Shown here: positions 22,060-32,635 of the stretch, one piece after another
How the letters are laid out: every line of letters starts with the position of its first letter
How positions within the stretch are numbered: the stretch's first letter is position 1
Source: Nitrososphaeraceae archaeon
GTDB lineage: Archaea; Thermoproteota; Nitrososphaeria; Nitrososphaerales; Nitrososphaeraceae
Direction of reading: 5' to 3'
DNA length: 64,000 nucleotides
Assembly (NCBI GenBank): GCA_042138015.1
Contig: JBHIVA010000004.1
Location: 1,984 to 65,983, forward strand
Position numbers and translations under genes: made by a program
Notes under the pieces: model-generated
Seen by the model: only the letters and a program-made list of their open reading frames with translations
Databases searched by the model: none
What the model was told of the DNA's origin: nothing

Positions 22060-22583
22060 GTCTCATTTCATATTTTCATAATATAAAACTGTTTTAATAT
22101 TGTTGTTTTTTCCAATGATTTACCCAATGCTATAAATAATTCATAATAAATTAATTTACTTGGATCCTACAAATTTATTTCCCAAAATAAAATATTCTAA
22201 TATAAGTTTTTTACTGAATTCTATGTTTTTACATGTAATTTTATTTATATCATATTCACATCAAGTTTGAAAAAGGCAATTGGAGTTTTGTATTGAGATG
22301 TAAAAAATGATTTATCAAAAAAAATTTCTAAATAATATTATATTTTATTTTATCCTTTAGTAGTCATGAGATTTTTTTAGCTATCGAATTATTTAAAATA
22401 ACTTGATGCAGTTAAAGTTTTAGATTACGGAGAGATTTCAATTAAGAAAACATTAACACACCTGTAAATTGACTAGGACAGTATATTCTTAACGAATTAT
22501 TATGATAATAAGAACTTTACAATCATAAATTAAAAGGAATATTATACAGAGAATATTAAAGATAGATTATCATATTTTAAGAT

Positions 22584-23378
22584 GTGACTAAAGCATATCC
22601 AATATATCATTATGCTGCTCTTATACTAGAAACTGAAGAGAGAATAAAAAATAAAAAAAAATCATATTTAATCTTATCCGATCTGCATTTGGGGTTTGAA
22701 TATGAATTGATAAAAAAAGGAATTACTCTCAATTCCAATACTATACTAAATAATATTCTAAATGATATTAATGAAATTACTAAATCACACAAAATTGATG
22801 GAATAGTAATTCTAGGTGATATTAAAAGTTCAATTTCAGAAATTTCTCCAATAGAATGGAATATAATACCGACTTTTTTTGAAAAATTGTCGAGAAATAC
22901 AGACATTATATTAGTACCAGGTAACCATGATGCCAATATAAATAGACTCATTCCAGATAACGTCATAACCTGTAATGTGAGTGGACTTGTTATTGATGAT
23001 ACATTGTTATTGCATGGACATTCTCTTCCAAATAAAGTAAAATCAAATATAAATAAAATAATAATGGGTCACGTCCATCCTATTTTTTTTGATCCTAAGA
23101 GTACGGTTCATGGAAAAAGGTTATGGATCTACCTCAAGGTAAAGAAAGAATCTCTCTACGGACTCGAAAAAAAAGGTATAATGGAAATGATTATAGTTCC
23201 AACATTCAACAAATATTTTTATTCTTCTACTTCTAATTATAGATCTTTTGAAACATCGATATCACCAATTATTAATTTATTAAATAAACAGAATGCGATA
23301 TTATCTAGTATGGTACTTACTTTAGAAGGTTCTAATATTGGTGACTTTGGAAAATTAAAAAATCTGAATTTTTATTGA
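22584..23378 (+). CDS. Metallophosphoesterase (calcineurin-like)
   Basis: SDLHLG, LGDIK, PGNHD, HGH, GHVHP. Confidence 0.9.
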   Translation: MTKAYPIYHYAALILETEERIKNKKKSYLILSDLHLGFEYELIKKGITLNSNTILNNILNDINEITKSHKIDGIVILGDIKSSISEISPIEWNIIPTFFEKLSRNTDIILVPGNHDANINRLIPDNVITCNVSGLVIDDTLLLHGHSLPNKVKSNINKIIMGHVHPIFFDPKSTVHGKRLWIYLKVKKESLYGLEKKGIMEMIIVPTFNKYFYSSTSNYRSFETSISPIINLLNKQNAILSSMVLTLEGSNIGDFGKLKNLNFY

Positions 23379-26300
23379 TCTATCGCATTAATTTCGGTAT
23401 CTGTCAGATAATTTTTTAAAGGAATAATAGTAGTTGAATTATTTTTTTGCCATTCCAATGTTTTTACAAATGAGATAGCTGCTTCTATAGTTGTCATTAC
23501 AGGAATGCCCATTTCGACAGCCTTCCTCCGTATTTGATATTCATCAGTTAGCATATCTAGATATTTTTCCATCGTTACAGTGGCAGGAATATTTATTATA
23601 AAATCTATTTTACGGTCATATAATAATTCGATAATGTTTGGTTTTCGATCGGGTTCACTTATTTTGTATACTCTCTGAATTTTAGTAAATCCATTATTTT
23701 CTAAAAAATCAGCAGTATGTTCAGTTGCTAAAATATTGAAGTCCATCGAAGAGATTAATGAAAGTAGAGGAAGTAATTTTTCTTTGTTTTTTTGACCCCC
23801 TATGGTAATTAAGGAAGTCCCGCAGTATGGTAATGAATAGCCCGCTGCTGTGAAAGACTTGCTTAAAGCATCATAAAAACTTGTTCCAAAACATGCTACT
23901 TCTCCTGTGGATTGCATTTCAACTCCCAGTACTATATCAGCACCTTCGAGTTGCATAAAGGAAAATTGCGGAACTTTTATACCAAAGCCACTCGTTTTTA
24001 GCCAAAGATCTTTAATTTGAGGTAAAGACTTTCCAAGCATAGCTTTCGCGGAAAGATTTATAAGATTTACTCCTATGTATTTTGAAACAAAAGGTAATGA
24101 TCTAGATGCTCTAATATTTGCCTCTATCACCAAAACATTATCATCTTTAACAAGAAATTGGATATTAAATGGGCCTATTACATTAAGAGATCGAACAATC
24201 TTATTAGAATAATCGGTTATAGTATCCATGATGTCTCTACTTAATCTCCAAGGCGGAATACACATCATAGCATCGCCAGAATGTATTCCTGCATTATCAA
24301 TATGTTCTATAATAGAACCTATAATTACATTTTCTTTTGTACCTACTCCATCTATTTCTACTTCTGAAGCTTCCTGAAAAAATTTACTAATAACAATTGG
24401 ATGGTCCGGACTCACAACAGTAGCATTTTTTATAAATTTTTCTAGTTGATTATCATCCCATACTACCTTCATCGCTGCTCCACTCAAAACATAGGAGGGC
24501 CTAACTAAAACCGGATATCCTACCGTTCTAGAAAAGACAAAGGCTTCTTCAAGAGTATTGAATTTTTTCCATGGAGGTTGTGGAATTTTTAACGAATCAA
24601 GTAATTTTCCAAACTTTTCTCTATCCTCAGCTTTATCTACATCCTTGCTATCGGTTCCAATTATTTTTATACCATTTTGTGCGAGTCTTAACGTTAAGTT
24701 ATTAGCAGTTTGACCCCCCACACAAGTTATCACGCCAGGATATTTTTCTTTTTCACAGATGTCCATAACACGTTCAAAACTGAGCTCTTCAAAATACAAT
24801 CTATCAGAGATATCAAAATCAGTAGAAACTGTTTCAGGGTTACAGTTTATGACTGATACGTCATGTACCCCATTTTCCTTTAATCCTATAACCATATTAA
24901 CTGTACCCCAGTCAAATTCTACACTACTCCCTATTCTATAAGGACCTGCTCCAAGAACTATAACATTATTAATCCTCTTTGGGATTCTAATATCGTCAGT
25001 ATCACCACCATATGTAAGGTAAAGATAATTAGTTTGCGCAGGCCATTCTGCAGCCAATGTATCAATCTGCTTGATGACAGGTTCTATCCCAAATTTTTTT
25101 CTGAATTTACGGATAGTTATTTCATCTAAATTTAGATAAGAGGTCAGTTGTTTATCCGAAAACCCTAATTTTTTAGATTCTTTTATAATATTCTCATCGA
25201 AATCAACTCCCAACATCCTTAGTTTTTTTTCCATTTTTATTATGTTATTTATTTTATTAAGAAACCAAGGATCTATACTTGATAGCTCGTTTATCCTTTC
25301 AATCGTCATACCACTAGAAAGCGCTCTAACAAGTTGAAACAAAATATTATCATCTGGATACAAAAGCGCAAATTCTATTTTTTCTAGTTCTTCTTCATTA
25401 GGATCTATAAAGTCAGAATTATCCACTAGGCCTATTTTTCCAGAATCACACATTCTTATTGCTTTTTGAATCGCCTCTTCAAAATTTCTACCAATTGCCA
25501 TAACTTCTCCTACTGATTTCATAGCTGTCCCTAGTCTACGGTTAACATTCTCAAACTTATTGAAATCCCATCGTGGCATTTTTAAAACTATATAATCAAG
25601 TGAGGGCTCGAAAAAAGCAGTAGTTTTCTTTGTGACCTTATTTATTAATTCATCCAATGAATATCCAATACCTAACTTTGCAGCCATATATGCTAGAGGA
25701 TATCCAGTTGCCTTGCTAGCAAGAGATGAAGATCGGGACAATCTCGCGTTTATCTCAATCGCACAGTATTCTTCACTTTTAGGGTCAAGTCCAAATTGTA
25801 TATTACACTCTCCAATAATACCAACCTCTTTCGTACCTCGGATCGCTGCAGACCGCAGCATGTGATATTCATAATTGTTAAGTGTCTGTGAAGGAGCTAC
25901 TACAATATTATCACCAGTATGAACTCGCATCGCCAAGATGTTTTCCATGTTGCATACAATGATGGAATTACCTCTATAATCCCTCATCACTTCATATTCT
26001 ATTTGTTTCCAATGACCTACGTATTTTTCTATTAAGACTTGATGAGTCATACTGATAGACAATCCTCGATGCACAATCTCTTGTAATTCATATTCATTAT
26101 GTGCTACTCCTCCTCCCTTTCCTCCAAGTGTGTAAGCAACTCTGATAATTATTGGATAACCCATCTTCTTAGCGATATCTATTGATTCTTTTACAGAATA
26201 TGCTGGGGAACTAGGTAAAACAGGTATTTCACTTTTTTGCATAGCCTCCTTAAAAAGCTGTCTGTCTTCAGTCCTTTCTATACCTCTGACGGGTGTTCCA

Positions 26301-26682
26301 AGAACTGTTATTCCATATTTTTTAAGAATACCTCCTTTGAATAATGCGGTACCACAGTTTAAAGCAGTTTGACCACCAAAAGATAACATAATTGAATCTG
26401 GTCTTTCAATTTCTAATATCTTAGAAACGTATTCAGGAGTAATAGGTAGCAAGTATACTTTATCAGAGAATCTAGAATCTGTCTGAATAGTAGCAATATT
26501 TGGATTAACTAATATTGTTTTAATTCCTTCTTCTCTCAACGCCTTGAGACATTGTGAACCAGAGTAATCAAATTAGCGGTCATCTAATGAAGATAACTTT
26601 CGCCTGCTTCTCCGATTTTTATTGCCCCACTCCCTAACACTATAACCTTCTTTATATCGTTATTTTTTGGTATTTTTTTCAC
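23372..26682 (-). CDS. carB: Carbamoyl-phosphate synthase large subunit; exon 1 26682-26599, exon 2 26572-23372
   Basis: Exon 1 reads KKVIVLGSGAIKIGEAGE; exon 2 reads FDYSGSQCLKALREEG and continues into the 1055-aa ORF with two ATP-grasp halves and an MGS domain. Joined length is 1094 aa from the GTG at 26682. Confidence 0.93.
26573..26598 (-). other. 26-nt bulge-helix-bulge intron in carB pre-mRNA
   Basis: GGCG-AA^A-GUUAUCU-UCAUU-AGAUGAC-CGCU-AA^U: 4-bp central helix, two 3-nt bulges and a 7-bp inner stem. Cuts after the second bulge nucleotide restore the frame exactly. Confidence 0.85.
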
Positions 26683-26731
26683 CTCACTTTAATTTTTACA
26701 TACATCTTGAACAGATTTAATAAGATAATTT

Positions 26732-27838
26732 TCATCTCTTATTTAAATCAATAATTTCCATAAATTTATCAAAAACAAAAGTACAGTCATATGGACCAGG
26801 TGACGCTTCTGGATGGAATTGTACTGCTATAGCAGGTTTATTTTTATGAATTATTCCTTCTAGAGTCTTGTCATCAGGATTATAAAACCATGGTTCGAAT
26901 CCTGTCCTGTCGAGTGTTTTAGGATCAATTCCATATCCGTGATTTTGACTAGTGATATAAGATCTTTTATCTTCAATATTAATACATGTTTTATTTTGGC
27001 CTCTGTGACCATATTTTAATTTAAATGTATCTGCTCCGGCTGATAAAGCAAGAATTTGATTTCCTAGACAAATACCAAGAGTTGGAATAGCACTTTCCAT
27101 TAATTGTTTTACTGTGTTGATTGTTTCTTGACACATTTTAGGATCTCCTGGTCCATTACTAATCACTACACCTTGAGGGTTATTCGATACAACCTCACTA
27201 AAAGAGGCGTTCCAAGGAAGTTGGACTACTTTATATCCTCTCCTTAGGAAATTTCTAATAATACTAAATTTAGTTCCCGTATCTAATAATACTATAATCC
27301 TATCATCCGAATTACCATATATTTGTATATCTCGAGAACTTACTGTCGACATAAAATTTTTATTATTATAATTATCTTTCTCGAAAATGGCTGATACATC
27401 CAACTTTTTAAGATGGGTTTTAGAAGATGAAATAATTCCCATCATTACACCATGCTGACGAATTATTTTTGTTAATTCTCTAGTATCTATTCCAAATATT
27501 CCGGGAATCTTTTCTTGATATAACCATTCATCAAGTGTTTTTACACAACTCCAATGACTGGCAACATCTGAAAGGTTATGAACAACCAAACCACTACATT
27601 GTATTTTATCAGACTCAAAAAATTTCGGTAAACCAAACTCATCCAAAGTAGTTCGAGCGGGTACTCCATAGTTTCCAATGAGAGGATATGTCAGACATAA
27701 TATTTGTCCACTATATGAAGGATCAGTTAGACTCTCAGTATATCCAACCATCCCTGTGTTAAAGACTACCTCACCAGAACAGACGGAAGGGTAACCAAAT
27801 CCAATACCTGAAAAAACTTTACCACTTTCCAATATCAA
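26732..27838 (-). CDS. carA: Carbamoyl-phosphate synthase small subunit
   Basis: GEVVFNTGMVGY, LTDPSYSGQ, SNGPGDP, GICLGNQ, QFHPEASPGP. Confidence 0.97.
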   Translation of the reverse strand: MILESGKVFSGIGFGYPSVCSGEVVFNTGMVGYTESLTDPSYSGQILCLTYPLIGNYGVPARTTLDEFGLPKFFESDKIQCSGLVVHNLSDVASHWSCVKTLDEWLYQEKIPGIFGIDTRELTKIIRQHGVMMGIISSSKTHLKKLDVSAIFEKDNYNNKNFMSTVSSRDIQIYGNSDDRIIVLLDTGTKFSIIRNFLRRGYKVVQLPWNASFSEVVSNNPQGVVISNGPGDPKMCQETINTVKQLMESAIPTLGICLGNQILALSAGADTFKLKYGHRGQNKTCINIEDKRSYITSQNHGYGIDPKTLDRTGFEPWFYNPDDKTLEGIIHKNKPAIAVQFHPEASPGPYDCTFVFDKFMEIIDLNKR

Positions 27839-28130
27839 TTCTGCATTATACCCAGTATATTTTTGATAAAGTGTAGGAATTTTGTATCTCTATTAGTAAA
27901 AAATAAAGAAAATTTAAATTTTTCTATATAATACTACCAGTTTGCATTTAGGTTTCAGTTCTCATAAAGTATTATTCTAATTTTTTCCTCTTGTATATAA
28001 ATAAATTTTCCATATTTACAAAGCATGCTAAGATTTGTTTATTTTTTTTATCTAATTCATAACTAGAACTTCGCTTTTTATAGGTTATTCTGTAAATAAT
28101 TTTCTTTAAAACTTGTTACAAATAAGGTTT

Positions 28131-28149
28131 GGAAAAAGCAGTTTATATT
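28131..28149 (+). promoter_or_regulatory. BRE plus TATA promoter with no adjacent ORF
   Basis: GGAAAAA followed by TTTATATT; the next + strand ORF is about 880 nt away. Confidence 0.35.
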
Positions 28150-28171
28150 AAAAGATCCTATCCTTTCATAA

Positions 28172-28230
28172 ATTAAGATAATCAAGCGGTCATTTGATAT
28201 CAGAATTTCGGAGGCTGATACTTGTGATTT
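28172..28230 (+). ncRNA. Candidate C/D-box-like small RNA
   Basis: Starts at the expected TSS distance from the TATA. Degenerate C box AAGATAA (28175-28181), GC-rich guide TCAAGCGGTCAT, TTGA (D'), guide ATTTCGGAGG, CTGA (28215-28218), then a T run. The C' box is poor. Confidence 0.3.
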
Positions 28231-29027
28231 TACTTAAAAATAAATAAAACGAATAATAACAATTATAAATTTTCAGGATATAATAATATAATAAACTCAA
28301 TTTTGATGCAATTAATATCTTTCGAAACCTTACTCGTTTAATAATTTTATTCTATCTCATATTCTTTTTTTCATTAACATAAATTTTATTATCTAGTTTA
28401 GATTTTTTCGGGTTTTCGTATTGAATTAATATCCTCTTTTCTAGGAAATACGATCTATTTTATACTACTAGACTTGAACACTAATCATATTCAAAAAAAT
28501 TTCAAAGAATGAAAGATATACTTTAGGAATATCGAATAAACTAATTTTTACATTTTCAGTTTTAATTAATTATATTGAACTTAGACGATGAACCTATTAC
28601 TAAGAAACATTGCGTATTCGATTTCTATTTTTCTATCGATATTAAATTCTAGAATATACTTTATTCATTAGTTTTCAGAGGTGATTAAAATTCTAATATG
28701 AAAATTTATAGAATATACCCAACCGATCGGAAAGTATGAGGAAATAAGTGTTAAAATCAGAACTTAAACTTTTCAAGATAATCAATTCATCTCCTAGTTT
28801 CTTTTTCTGGATATTGGTAATAATCAATAATTAATTAGAACAAAAAAATCTAGAAAAACCGGAAAGATCTTACCAATAGACTTTAATTTCAACGTAGAAA
28901 AACTCTATTTGTTTGAGTTATACTTTTGAAATTATGATAATCGTTAGTAGAGGTTTAAATAAAGATGAAAATGTTATTTCTTTAAAACTAATATTATCGG
29001 GTATTGTATTATTATTGATTCCCTATA

Positions 29028-29900
29028 ATGAATGAAATTAGTATTGGAATAATCTCTTTTAATGAACAGAAAAATATTCTCAATCTATTAGGTTCTCTCA
29101 AATCTCAAAGAATTCCACATCCCTTTCATTTGAAGGAGGTAATAATCTGTGATGATTCTTCTGATAATACTCCAACTCTAATTAGATCTTTTGCAAAAGC
29201 TAATTCTGATCTTTGTATATATCTTTTCCATAATAAAACCAGAAATGGAGCAGCTAAAGGATGGGATATGATATTTAGACAGTCGAGCGGAGATATTTTA
29301 GTTTTATATGATGCAGATATAATTCTTGATGAGAATTGTACTTTTAATCTTGTAAAAAATATTTCGAATAATAGTATTGGACTCTCTGCTTCGAATCCAC
29401 AACCAATTAACCCTGAAAATATATACGGTAGAGCTGCGCGATTTATTTCTAATTGGCTGAGGAATATAAGAAAACAAGGTTTAACTCAATATACTGTAAT
29501 GGGAAGGGCTTTGGCAATAAGAGATGATATAGCAAAAAAAATATTCATACCTGCAAATATCATTGCTATAGACCTTTTTATCCAAGATGAAGTACTGAAA
29601 TTTAATGAGAAAGTAAAATACGTAGATGACGCAAAGGTATTTTTTAAGACCCCTTCAACATTGTCTGATTTTTTATCTCAAGTACTGAGAGCAGACCACG
29701 GACATAAACAAATTTCACTAGTTTGTACCAAAAAACTTTCGAAGATCGTAAATCTCAAAACATCAATTAGTTGCTTTATAGGTGACCCTTTAGGAGGATT
29801 TGCATTAATTTACTGTTATTCTTTTCTTCCATATCATAAGATAAAGCATTCTGTAAGAGTTTCCTCGCCCAAATGGGATGTTGCCACAAGTACAAAGTGA
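29028..29900 (+). CDS. Glycosyltransferase family 2
   Basis: IISFNEQ, ICDDSSDNT, LYDAD (DxD), VMGRALA. Confidence 0.88.
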   Translation: MNEISIGIISFNEQKNILNLLGSLKSQRIPHPFHLKEVIICDDSSDNTPTLIRSFAKANSDLCIYLFHNKTRNGAAKGWDMIFRQSSGDILVLYDADIILDENCTFNLVKNISNNSIGLSASNPQPINPENIYGRAARFISNWLRNIRKQGLTQYTVMGRALAIRDDIAKKIFIPANIIAIDLFIQDEVLKFNEKVKYVDDAKVFFKTPSTLSDFLSQVLRADHGHKQISLVCTKKLSKIVNLKTSISCFIGDPLGGFALIYCYSFLPYHKIKHSVRVSSPKWDVATSTK

Positions 29901-29975
29901 TATCTCGTAAATAATGAAGTTGAAAGGATCCAAACAGAAATATTATATATCAATATCTTTCCTCTTTCAATAATT

Positions 29976-30368
29976 ATGAGTAAACCAATGGAGCTTGGCA
30001 GTTTAAAGGTTGGATCATACATTATAATTGATAACGAGCCTTGTAGAATCGTTTCATACGATCATAGTAAACCTGGAAAACATGGTTCTGCTAAAGCACG
30101 TGTTTCTGCAATAGGTGTTTTTGATGGATCAAAGCACGGTATGGTATCTCCTGTTTCTGCCAATGTTGAAGTTCCACTGATAGACAAAAGAAGTGGACAA
30201 GTGGTATCGATAACTGGTTCATCCCTACAGATAATGGACCTTGAAACTTTTGAAGTATTTGAAACATCCTCTATTGAAGATGAGATAAGAGATAAAATTG
30301 TTCAAGGAGGAGAGATAGAATATTGGAAGGTGCTTGATAGAATAAAAATAGTAAGAGCAAAAGGTTAA
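29976..30368 (+). CDS. eif5a: Translation factor aIF5A
   Basis: SKPGKHGSAK hypusine loop, VEVPLIDKR; TATA-like TTATATAT at 29943-29950. Confidence 0.97.
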   Translation: MSKPMELGSLKVGSYIIIDNEPCRIVSYDHSKPGKHGSAKARVSAIGVFDGSKHGMVSPVSANVEVPLIDKRSGQVVSITGSSLQIMDLETFEVFETSSIEDEIRDKIVQGGEIEYWKVLDRIKIVRAKG

Positions 30369-30434
30369 GAAACATGTAATGAAAGTTTAAACTGTTTGGA
30401 AACACATAAAAAACGATACATACTACATCTTACT

Positions 30435-30569
30435 ATGAACAATAAAAAAACAATGCCTATTTGTTTTTCTCCTGAGGAGTTAAATATAATAAAAGAATAT
30501 GCAACAAGGTTCAAAATGACAGATTATAGCCATGCTGTTGAAAAAGTTGTTTCAGAAATAAAAAGCTAG
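30435..30569 (+). CDS. 44-aa microprotein, ribbon-helix-helix-like
   Basis: MNNKKTMPICFSPEELNIIKEYATRFKMTDYSHAVEKVVSEIKS; strand-helix-helix pattern of CopG/RHH proteins. Confidence 0.6.
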   Translation: MNNKKTMPICFSPEELNIIKEYATRFKMTDYSHAVEKVVSEIKS

Positions 30570-30639
30570 TGATAAGATTTTCCTAATTTTTGTTGTGTTT
30601 TTTTCTTCATTTTGGAATAATATACAATTACTTAATATA

Positions 30640-31296
30640 TTAATTGAGATTTTGTCTTAAGTCCTCACAATCATCAGTATGCGAATCTCCTTGCTTTGAA
30701 TCAAAATCTATAACCATATCAAAATCTTCGCCACAACTAAAAAAATCTGCTCCTTTTCCTCCTTTAAGGATATCACTCCCGTAATCACCATAAAGTTCAT
30801 CATTCCCATCATCTCCAGATAAATAATCATCCCCATAAGATCCTATTAGATTGTCATTCCCTTTACCGCCGAATAAAAAATCATCACCAGAAGAACCAAG
30901 TAAATTATCTTCACCATCATCCCCATAAATTTCGTCATCATTGCTACCTCCATTAAGAATATCGTCACCACTTTTTCCAGAAATAACATCCAGTCCTTCT
31001 CTCCCATAGATAATATCCGATTTTAAAGTACCAGTAAGGTCTCTATTGATATCAATAGATTCATCGGGTTGAATTGTACATTTTGCATTTTGCACTGAAA
31101 ATGATGTTCCATTATTAACCAAACTAAATGAAAATTGACCTGATTGGTCAGAACATACTGTACCTATTTTTATATTTTTTGAATTATCTTTATTCTCGTT
31201 TTCGGATCCTGACGAATAAACTTTGTGGAAAAAAAGATTAGGTAATATAATAATCATCAATAAAAGAAAAATTGATAATATAGTCCCAGAATTCAT
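30640..31296 (-). CDS. Secreted RTX-type (hemolysin-like) calcium-binding repeat protein
   Basis: Signal peptide and about 10 GGxGxDxLx-like nonapeptides; C-terminal CGEDFD...DCE. Confidence 0.9.
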   Translation of the reverse strand: MNSGTILSIFLLLMIIILPNLFFHKVYSSGSENENKDNSKNIKIGTVCSDQSGQFSFSLVNNGTSFSVQNAKCTIQPDESIDINRDLTGTLKSDIIYGREGLDVISGKSGDDILNGGSNDDEIYGDDGEDNLLGSSGDDFLFGGKGNDNLIGSYGDDYLSGDDGNDELYGDYGSDILKGGKGADFFSCGEDFDMVIDFDSKQGDSHTDDCEDLRQNLN

Positions 31297-31645
31297 TCTT
31301 ATGATTTTGTATTTAAGAGTTATATTGACTATGACTATTTTTTATAAAATAATTTTACTCAAGATTATCTTAAACTTATCAATATAACTTATACATTTAA
31401 ATAATTATAGAGAATTGTTCTGTTTTGATGGTTAATAAATAAAACTAACGTACAGAAGATAGTATAGCACTAATGCTATTTTAATATATTTTTAATAGAT
31501 TTTGGTAATATCATTTTTGTTGTTAGAAGATTATGATCATTAGGAAGAAAAAATATCTTTAATAATAGTAACAATAAATATATAATAAAATATTTTCTGA
31601 AATTCTTCGATATCATTGATAAACTTTGTAAATTATATATAAAAA

Positions 31646-32299
31646 ATGAAGTACAGTTATTTGGCCATATTCATTACTTACTTTACAGCAAAATCAAAAA
31701 TTCCTTTATCTTACAAATTTGTCAACAAGTATCTAATTATATTATTATTATTTAATATATTTATTTTGATTCATTTCATCATGGTTAATGATCTAATGAA
31801 TGTTTATGGAAGATCTTCTTTTTGTGATGGTTCTGTATTAGTTGATTCGGATTACAGCAAAGGAAAGGTTTTAGTTGGAACATCAAATTTAGAATCACCA
31901 GATTGTATAATTGGAACTAAGAAAAATAATGTCATTTTAGGCCTAGATGGGCCTGACATACTATATGGTAAGAAAGGAAATGATACCTTAAAAGGAGGTT
32001 TTGGAAATGATAAAATATTCGGGAATTCTGGAGATGATAAAATTATTGGATCTGAAGGCGATGATCAACTCTATGGTAATAAAGGAAACGACTTTGTTTA
32101 TGGCGGATTCGATTCAGACTTTTTAAGTGGAGGGCATGGGAACGACAAACTCTATGGAGATTATGGTGATGATGTCCTAGAGGGAGGAAAAGGGGTAGAT
32201 TTCTTTGATTGTGGAGAAGATTACGATGTGATACTGGATTATAGTTCTTCAGAAGGTGATTCGCAAGTTAATTGTGAAGAAATAAATAAAAAAGATTAA
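31646..32299 (+). CDS. Secreted RTX-type calcium-binding repeat protein (paralogue of the preceding gene)
   Basis: Same nonapeptide repeats and CGEDYD...NCE tail; true start probably downstream of 31646. Confidence 0.88.
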   Translation: MKYSYLAIFITYFTAKSKIPLSYKFVNKYLIILLLFNIFILIHFIMVNDLMNVYGRSSFCDGSVLVDSDYSKGKVLVGTSNLESPDCIIGTKKNNVILGLDGPDILYGKKGNDTLKGGFGNDKIFGNSGDDKIIGSEGDDQLYGNKGNDFVYGGFDSDFLSGGHGNDKLYGDYGDDVLEGGKGVDFFDCGEDYDVILDYSSSEGDSQVNCEEINKKD

Positions 32300-32352
32300 G
32301 CTTTTTTTATAAATTCTTTTTATAGGATATCATAATAATTTTAGATTTAATC

Positions 32353-32568
32353 ATGTTGAAACTATTAGAGTTAATTTTTAGAAGGTACAGATGTGATATT
32401 TGCAAAAAAAGATTTAGAAGGATCGAATTCGCCATGCAACATGAACAGGTGATTCACGGTAATGGGAGACAATATTACTGTAAGAAATGTAATTTGGGTT
32501 TTTTTGGAATGGAACAGATGAGAGATCATATAAAAAAATATCATTCTTATAGTACTAAAAATAGTTAG
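32353..32568 (+). CDS. Tandem C2H2-type zinc-finger protein
   Basis: CDIC...HEQVIH and CKKC...HIKKYH. Confidence 0.8.
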   Translation: MLKLLELIFRRYRCDICKKRFRRIEFAMQHEQVIHGNGRQYYCKKCNLGFFGMEQMRDHIKKYHSYSTKNS

Positions 32569-32635
32569 AAGTTTAAGAGCTCACATTCCTATTTTCACAA
32601 GAATAAAATATAGCCAGTTATATTTTCAATATTTT

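Noticed and set aside
26560-26610. carB break as a sequencing error or pseudogene
   Set aside because: A 26-nt non-homopolymer insert with an exact BHB fold and exact frame restoration is unlikely to be an error, and the remaining 3.2 kb of the gene is intact.
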